Assembly: GCA_963847625.1 (NCBI GenBank)
Contig: CAWKAR010000016.1
Coordinates: 1 to 54,494 of the forward strand
Direction of reading: 5' to 3'
DNA length: 54,494 nt
Source: a candidate division FCPU426 bacterium
GTDB lineage: Bacteria; Oederibacteriota; Muellerivitia; Muellerivitales; Muellerivitaceae
Shown here: one piece after another, positions 48,927 through 54,494 of the stretch
How the letters are laid out: every line of letters begins with the position of its first letter
How positions within the stretch are numbered: position 1 is the stretch's first letter
Program-made: the position numbers and the translations under genes
The notes under the pieces: generated by a model
What the model saw: the letters and a program-made list of their open reading frames with translations, nothing else
Told to the model about the DNA's origin: nothing
Databases searched by the model: none

Positions 48927-49424
48927 TCAGGCCTTTTCTGGTTTTTTATTGGACTCGGCCACTTTTTCGACAACAGATACGTCCTTCCGGCTTTCAGCTT
49001 CCAGAGGCGCTGGCTCCCCTTCCAGTGGGGTGGAAACTACGATAGCCGGGGTTTCTTCGCCGGGAACCCGGAGTACTTTTTTACTTTCCTGGATGCGGGC
49101 GTCCTTTTTGCTGACCTTTTTCCGAAGGAAAAAAAGCTTGGCCCGCCGGACTTTTCCGGATCGGACCGACTTTACGTCTTTGATCATGGGGGATTGATAG
49201 AAAAAGGTTTTTTCTACCCCCACACCGTAGGACAGCTTTCGAACCGTGAAACGCATCTTGCTTCCAGAACCCTGGAGGGCGATAACCATTCCCTCATATA
49301 TTTGGATTCTTTCCTTCTCCCCTTCCTTGATGCGCAAGGACACCTTTACGTTATCCCCGACTTTAAAGGGAACCGTCTTTCGGATAATTTGGGTATTTTC
49401 AAAATTTTTAATCGTAGTGTTCAT
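48927..49424 (-). CDS. rplS: 50S ribosomal protein L19
   Basis: FKVGDNVKV..RIKEGEKERIQIYEG, TVRKLSYGVGVEKTF, GKVRRAKL. Confidence 0.97.
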   Translation of the reverse strand: MNTTIKNFENTQIIRKTVPFKVGDNVKVSLRIKEGEKERIQIYEGMVIALQGSGSKMRFTVRKLSYGVGVEKTFFYQSPMIKDVKSVRSGKVRRAKLFFLRKKVSKKDARIQESKKVLRVPGEETPAIVVSTPLEGEPAPLEAESRKDVSVVEKVAESNKKPEKA

Positions 49425-50221
49425 TTTTTCCTTCCTCCTGCCCTCTTCAATCGCCCAAACCGGCCCGCGAGTTTTCCTTTGGATTCAACTTCCATTTGGG
49501 TTTCTTTTAAAAGTTTGTATTCTTCCGCGGTTAAGGAAATCCGGTTCAAAAGATCCGGGCGCTTAAACCAGGTATTTCGGAGGGATTCTTTCTTCCTCCA
49601 ACGCTCGATACGAGCATGGTTGCCCGAGAGGAGCGCTTCCGGTACTTCCATTCCCTGAAAAACGCGGGGACGAGTATAATGCGGATAATCTAATATTCCA
49701 TTAAAAAAACTGTCTTTTTCGACCGATTGCCGGTCCCCTACCACCCCCGGCATTAAGCGAACCAGGCTGTCAATTAGGGCTGCGGCCGCTGGTTCTCCCC
49801 CGGTTAGCACGAAGTCTCCCAGACTGATTTCGGTATCGATGAAATTCATTACCCGCTCATCGACCCCCTCATAATGCCCACAAATCAAAAGAAGATTCTT
49901 TTTCCGGGACAGTTTCATAGCCATCCCATGATCGAACACTTTTCCCTGGGGGGACATTAAGATCGTTTTCACTCCCCTGCGGCCTTTTTTCAGGGCTCGG
50001 ATAGCCTTCAAAAGAGGTTCAAGCTTCATCACCATACCGGCGCCACCCCCATAGGGAACATCATCCGCAGTGTGACGCTTATCTATGGTGTAATGCCGAA
50101 TGTCGTGGATCCGCAAATCCACAAGTTTTTTCGTGAGCGCCCGCTTCACCATGCTGACAGTGAAAGGCCCCTGGAAATACTCCGGGAACAGGGTCAGGAT
50201 GTCAATCCGTAGTTTCGGCAT
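49421..50221 (-). CDS. trmD: tRNA (guanine37-N1)-methyltransferase
   Basis: TLFPE, DDVPYGGGAGMVM, CGHYEGVDER, SLGDFVLTGGE, PHYTRP. Confidence 0.97.
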   Translation of the reverse strand: MPKLRIDILTLFPEYFQGPFTVSMVKRALTKKLVDLRIHDIRHYTIDKRHTADDVPYGGGAGMVMKLEPLLKAIRALKKGRRGVKTILMSPQGKVFDHGMAMKLSRKKNLLLICGHYEGVDERVMNFIDTEISLGDFVLTGGEPAAAALIDSLVRLMPGVVGDRQSVEKDSFFNGILDYPHYTRPRVFQGMEVPEALLSGNHARIERWRKKESLRNTWFKRPDLLNRISLTAEEYKLLKETQMEVESKGKLAGRFGRLKRAGGRKK

Positions 50222-50762
50222 CGATTTCTTCCGGCAGGTCTACCAGTATGGTTTTAGACTCCAGGTCCACCTTTCTTACCACTGTTTTAATGAAGGGAAT
50301 AAGACTTTCTTTATTTTCTCGCCGCACTACACATATGCCATTAGCCGGTCCGGCCAAGACCTCCTCGATGATACCTAACTCCTCACCAGTTATTGTTACG
50401 GCTTTCAATCCCATTAAATCGTCGATGAAAAATTGTCCTTCGGGAAGGGAGACTCTTTCCTTGACCGGTACCGCCACAAAGGAACCACGCAATGTTTCAG
50501 CCTCCTCCACTCCCTGTACTTCCTTGAAACTAACCACCGCATCTCCGTCCGGGCGGAGGAATGCCCGGATCACCGATACCCGCTTCAATTCCCTGTTATT
50601 TTTCACCAACCTGAGGGAATCACAGCCAACTAACCGTTCGATTCCGGAGCAAGAAAGGGAAATCTTCAAATCACCCTTCAAACCGTGCGGACGGACAATG
50701 GTTCCTAGAACGATGAAATTCCCTGGAAGGTAGGGTTGGATTCCGTTGTTAAGATTATTCAA
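50202..50762 (-). CDS. rimM: ribosome maturation factor RimM
   Basis: G.I.RPHGLKG, DLMGL, LIPF...V..VDL; position in the rpsP operon. Confidence 0.93.
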   Translation of the reverse strand: MNNLNNGIQPYLPGNFIVLGTIVRPHGLKGDLKISLSCSGIERLVGCDSLRLVKNNRELKRVSVIRAFLRPDGDAVVSFKEVQGVEEAETLRGSFVAVPVKERVSLPEGQFFIDDLMGLKAVTITGEELGIIEEVLAGPANGICVVRRENKESLIPFIKTVVRKVDLESKTILVDLPEEIDAETTD

Positions 50763-50985
50763 CGACTTCGAGCGAGTATTTCAAACCGTGTTTTGCGCAT
50801 GAGGCGGAAACGAGGGTCCGAAGGGCCTTAATAGTCCTGCCTTGTTTTCCAATTACCTTCCCATAATCATCCTTGGAAACGCGAAGCTCCAGCACCGTCA
50901 GGTTGCCTTCCATTCTCTGAAGAATCGCCACACTCTCAGGTTTGTCCACTAGCGATTTCGCAACAAATTCAATCAGTTCTTTCAT
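50755..50985 (-). CDS. khpA: KH-domain RNA-binding protein KhpA
   Basis: LVDKPESV, D.GKVIGKQGRTIKALR. Confidence 0.93.
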   Translation of the reverse strand: MKELIEFVAKSLVDKPESVAILQRMEGNLTVLELRVSKDDYGKVIGKQGRTIKALRTLVSASCAKHGLKYSLEVVE

Positions 50986-51083
50986 GTTAACCTTCTTCCA
51001 AACAGTAGCCCCATCTCATTAAACCAGTTGTTAGTATCTTATCAAGAACAACCGGCAATGGATGAAAGGCCCTGATGTAAATA

Positions 51084-51332
51084 TTAGATTTTAACCCCGG
51101 CCTTCTTGAGGATACCCAAAACCGTATCGGAAGGAATCGCCCCATTTTTCACCCATTTCAAAATGGCGTCCTTATTCAGGTTTAACACGCTGTTGTCGGC
51201 CGAACGGGGATTGTAGGTCCCTAAATCCTGAACACGACGTCCTTTACCGGGAAAACGGCTGTCCACTGCGATAAGTCGAAAATAAGGCTTCTTGTTGCTA
51301 CCCATGCGTTTCAAACGTATCTTGACTGACAC
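51084..51332 (-). CDS. rpsP: 30S ribosomal protein S16
   Basis: VKIRLKRMG.NKKPYFR..AVDSR, LGTYNP, W...GA.PSDTV. Confidence 0.97.
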   Translation of the reverse strand: MSVKIRLKRMGSNKKPYFRLIAVDSRFPGKGRRVQDLGTYNPRSADNSVLNLNKDAILKWVKNGAIPSDTVLGILKKAGVKI

Positions 51333-51733
51333 AAAACCTCCATAAAGAAAATAAATTATCTTCCCCTCGTTTCAAGGGTCCCTCCTCAAATCGTGAAATG
51401 ATGAATTGAAAAGGGAGAATGGATTCTAAAAATCAGGCCGTACTTTGTCAAGAAAATAGGTCGAAATGGGAAGAATCAAAGCACTTTTCCCTATTTCGGA
51501 TAGTGGACAATTAATAAAAATGAAAGACCTGATCGGAGAGAAAAACCGTATTGAGAAAAGCCTGGACTTCCGGGGAAAAAAACCACTAGAGTTTGCGAAA
51601 AAATTGAACAACAAGATTCAAGTCATTTAGAGAAAGGTACCCGGGAATATCCTCAGGTGAGAATCCCGTTCCCTTCACCTCAAAACATTAATATTCCAAA
51701 TTGGCCATTCGTTGAGAAAAATTACTTTTTAAA

Positions 51734-54494
51734 TTATCGCAAGAGCAACAATTTACCGATGGATCGGACGTTGGAATTGCTGATCACCACGTAGTATATC
51801 CCGCTGGCAAGCGGTTTATTCCAATCATCCACCATCAAGATCGGAACCTTGCGATTCGTAGGTAACGTGGGATAAACTTTTTCCTGAACCTTCCTGAACG
51901 CCGTGGTGAATATCTGCACCTTCACGTTCGAAGATCCCATTGTCGTCGGCACTATCACACTGACCGGTTGTGTCCCATCCGAGGGATTCGGCGCGATTAC
52001 TGCCATCGTCAAGGAGACCACCGGAGTCGTAGTCGGAGCCACGATCGTAATGAGCGCCCCTTGGATTGGTAATACATTGGTATTCGTCGGTTGCCCGTTA
52101 GTCCCGGATACACCCGTCACGCTGAATTGATCCGTGTCTGTCCCAATGGCCGTGGTTGAAATCGTGGCCGTAATCTCGAATGTTACACTCCCATTCCCCG
52201 GCACAACAGTATTATTCAAATTGAGCGTCACTGATGGCCCGCTAAACGTCGCGCTGGTAATCGACACCCCATTCTCATACACCGTCACCGATGTGATATC
52301 CGCGGAAGGATTCCCCGACGTACTTGTATCCGTCAAAACGAGGCTGGTGAGTGTCACCGGGGTATTGCTTGGGTTCGTCACTTGGATCTGTTGCACCGTC
52401 ACACCCGATGCCCCGGGTACCTGGCTCGTATTTGGAGGGGGTGAAGTACCCTGCGAAACTTGCAAGGTCACAGATGTTGGAGTCGGGGTTAATGTGACAG
52501 TCGGGGTATTGGTTGGGGTTGATGTCGCAGTTAACGTGTTCGTGGGAACAATCGTCGGCGTGCTCGTGGGCGTCGGGGTGGAAATAGGTGTGTTAGTCGG
52601 CGTGGAGGTGTAAGTCGGGGTCGGGGTATTGGTGTTCGTGGGTGTGTTGGTAGGTGTTCGGGTCGGGGTATTGGTGGTTGTAGGTGTGTTAGTAGGTGTT
52701 CGGGTCGGCGTATTGGTGACTGTGGGCGTATCCGTCAGTGTGGGTGTCGCTGTAAGGGTCGGCGTATTGGTGACTGTGGGCGTATTAGTCGCAGTGGGCG
52801 TGGGCGACTGAGTCCCTGTACTGGTATTGGTCGCCGTGAACGTTACCGTCGGCGTAGGTGTATTGGTCGGCGTGTTCGTCCTGGTGCTGGTTAAAGTATT
52901 CGTCGGCGTGTTCGTGGCTGTGGAGGTCCGCGTCGGCGTGTTCGACGGCGTAATTGTCACCGTCGGGGTCGGCGTCAGCGTTATCGTCGGAATCGGTGTG
53001 GATGTGGAAGTCGGCGTCCTCGTTGCTGTGCTTGTTCCAGTCGACGTTGGCGTATTCGTTGGCGTGTTGGTCGGTGTGTTTGTAGACGTGGATGTCGGCG
53101 TCCGAGTCGATGTGAGCGTCATCGTCGGGGTTAGCGTAGAAGTCAATGTGTTCGTCAGTGTGGGTGTCGCGGTATGGGTCGGCGTATTGGTAACCGTGGG
53201 CGTATTAGTCGCCGTGGGCGTGGGTGACTGAGTCCCTGTGGTGGTACTGGTTACCGTGGACGTTATCGTCGGCGTATTGGTAATCGTCATTGTCGGTGTG
53301 TCTGTCGGCGTATTCGTCCTGGTGCTGGTTAAAGTATTCGTCGGAGTGTTCGTGGGTGTATTCGTCGGCGTGTTTGTGGCTGTGGAGGTCCGCGTCGGCG
53401 TGTTCGTGGGTGTGTTCGTGAGCGTATTCGTCAGCGTGGGCGTAGAGGTGTTAGTAAACGTGTTAACGGGCGTATTCGTCGGCGTATTTGTGGCTGTGGA
53501 CGTGGAGGTCCGTGTCGGCGTGTTCGTCGGTGTGTTTGTGGATGTGTTAATGGACGTATTCGTCAGCGTGGGTGTGGCTGTGGCCGTGTTAATAGACGTA
53601 TTCGTCGGCGTATTTGTGGCTGTGGACGTGGAGGTCCGTGTCGGGGTGTTCGTAGGAGTATTCGTGGGTGTACTCGTTAGCGTGGGTGTGGCTGTGGATG
53701 TAGAGGTCCTCGTCGGGGTGTTCGTCGACGTTAGTGTATTAGTATTTGTAGGCGTAATGGTGACCGTAGGCGTATTAGTCGCCGTGGGCGTGGGCGACTG
53801 AGTCCCTGTGCTGGTATCGGTCGCCGTGGACGTTATCGTCGGCGTAGGTGTATTCGTCGGCGTGGGCGTCCGGGTGCTGGTTAAAGTATTCGTCGGCGTA
53901 TTTGTAGGCGTATTCGTCGGCGTGTTCGTGAGAGTATTCGTCGGCGTGTTCGTGGATGTCCGGGTCAGGGTGTTCGTCGCGGTCGTCGTATTTGTTGGCG
54001 TATTCGTTGCCGTATTCGTTGCCGTATTCGTGGGCGTATTGGTGGGCGTATTCGTCCTTGTCGGGGTTGGTGTGGAAGTCGCCGTGTTCGTGGGCGTATT
54101 GGTGTTCGTTGACGTGTATATGGACGTATTCGTCGACGTGCTTGTGATCGTAACGGTCGGCGTGTTCGTCCTGGTCGGGGTTGACGTGAGGGTCGCCGTG
54201 TTCGTGGGCGTATTGGTGTTCGTTGACGTGTATATGGACGTATTCGTCGACGTGCTTGTGATCGTAACGGTCGGCGTGTTCGTCCTGGTCGGCGTTGATG
54301 TGGAGGTCGCCGTATTCGTAGGTGTATTCGTCAGTGTATTTGTAAGTGTGCTGGTCGGTGAATTCGTCCTGGTCGGCGTTGATGTGGAGGTCGCCGTATT
54401 CGTAGGTGTATTGGTGTTCGTTGACGTGTAAATGGACGTATTCGTCGACGTGCTTGTGATCGTAACGGTCGGCGTGTTCGTCCTGGTCGGGGTT
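51734..54494 (-). CDS. very long Thr/Pro-rich surface protein, 3' part (>900 aa), Ig-like domain and FlgD/T9SS-like C-terminus
   Basis: Continuous ACN-rich frame to the window end (TNTPT repeats); C-terminal [29 protein letters not shown]. Confidence 0.85.
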   Translation of the reverse strand, partial: TPTRTNTPTVTITSTSTNTSIYTSTNTNTPTNTATSTSTPTRTNSPTSTLTNTLTNTPTNTATSTSTPTRTNTPTVTITSTSTNTSIYTSTNTNTPTNTATLTSTPTRTNTPTVTITSTSTNTSIYTSTNTNTPTNTATSTPTPTRTNTPTNTPTNTATNTATNTPTNTTTATNTLTRTSTNTPTNTLTNTPTNTPTNTPTNTLTSTRTPTPTNTPTPTITSTATDTSTGTQSPTPTATNTPTVTITPTNTNTLTSTNTPTRTSTSTATPTLTSTPTNTPTNTPTRTSTSTATNTPTNTSINTATATPTLTNTSINTSTNTPTNTPTRTSTSTATNTPTNTPVNTFTNTSTPTLTNTLTNTPTNTPTRTSTATNTPTNTPTNTPTNTLTSTRTNTPTDTPTMTITNTPTITSTVTSTTTGTQSPTPTATNTPTVTNTPTHTATPTLTNTLTSTLTPTMTLTSTRTPTSTSTNTPTNTPTNTPTSTGTSTATRTPTSTSTPIPTITLTPTPTVTITPSNTPTRTSTATNTPTNTLTSTRTNTPTNTPTPTVTFTATNTSTGTQSPTPTATNTPTVTNTPTLTATPTLTDTPTVTNTPTRTPTNTPTTTNTPTRTPTNTPTNTNTPTPTYTSTPTNTPISTPTPTSTPTIVPTNTLTATSTPTNTPTVTLTPTPTSVTLQVSQGTSPPPNTSQVPGASGVTVQQIQVTNPSNTPVTLTSLVLTDTSTSGNPSADITSVTVYENGVSITSATFSGPSVTLNLNNTVVPGNGSVTFEITATISTTAIGTDTDQFSVTGVSGTNGQPTNTNVLPIQGALITIVAPTTTPVVSLTMAVIAPNPSDGTQPVSVIVPTTMGSSNVKVQIFTTAFRKVQEKVYPTLPTNRKVPILMVDDWNKPLASGIYYVVISNSNVRSIGKLLLLR
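54081..54494. repeat. coding tandem repeat, about 114-bp unit, inside the Thr-rich gene
   Basis: Near-identical blocks start at 54081, 54195 and about 54393 (GCCGTRTTCGT..GACGTGTATATGGACG..GTAACGGTCGGCGTGTTCGTCCTGGTCGG). Confidence 0.8.

Noticed and set aside
51903..54431. Val/Gly-rich plus-strand ORFs
   Set aside because: Antisense shadows of the ACN-rich Thr/Pro gene
52600..54494. CRISPR-like repeat array
   Set aside because: Repeats are in-frame coding tandem repeats without unique spacers; no cas genes in the window

Overview
Bacterial chromosomal window, mostly minus-strand genes. From left to right: (1) a putative metal-handling operon (ABC ATPase, FtsX-type permease, His-rich exported protein, three tandem DUF3299-like paralogs), preceded by a His/CxxC/RAPP leader ORF that looks like a ribosome-arrest metal sensor; (2) an accessory block with katG, a RelE/HigB-type TA pair and a DUF1646-like membrane protein; (3) a ~12.5 kb integrative element in tRNA-Asp(GTC), bounded by a 46-bp direct repeat (11084-11129 / 23559-23604). 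Its backbone (RHH, VirD4/TraD-like coupling protein, Replic_Relax-like protein, Xis-like HTH, tyrosine integrase) carries many frameshifts, and its cargo includes a J-domain protein plus DUF5677-like pair, a GHKL ATPase plus STAS pair, a truncated PIN gene and exported unknowns. Its left junction is a symmetric attP-like structure. (4) A 2469-aa repeat protein with a HicB-like N-terminus, no signal peptide and a FlgD/T9SS-like C-terminus; (5) housekeeping genes (mutS, miaB, class III cyclase, scpB/scpA, trpS, M50 protease, tRNA nucleotidyltransferase, yraN, rnhB, rplS-trmD-rimM-khpA-rpsP); (6) the 3' part of a very long Thr/Pro-rich surface protein running off the window. All family calls come from motif recognition by eye; no database searches were run.
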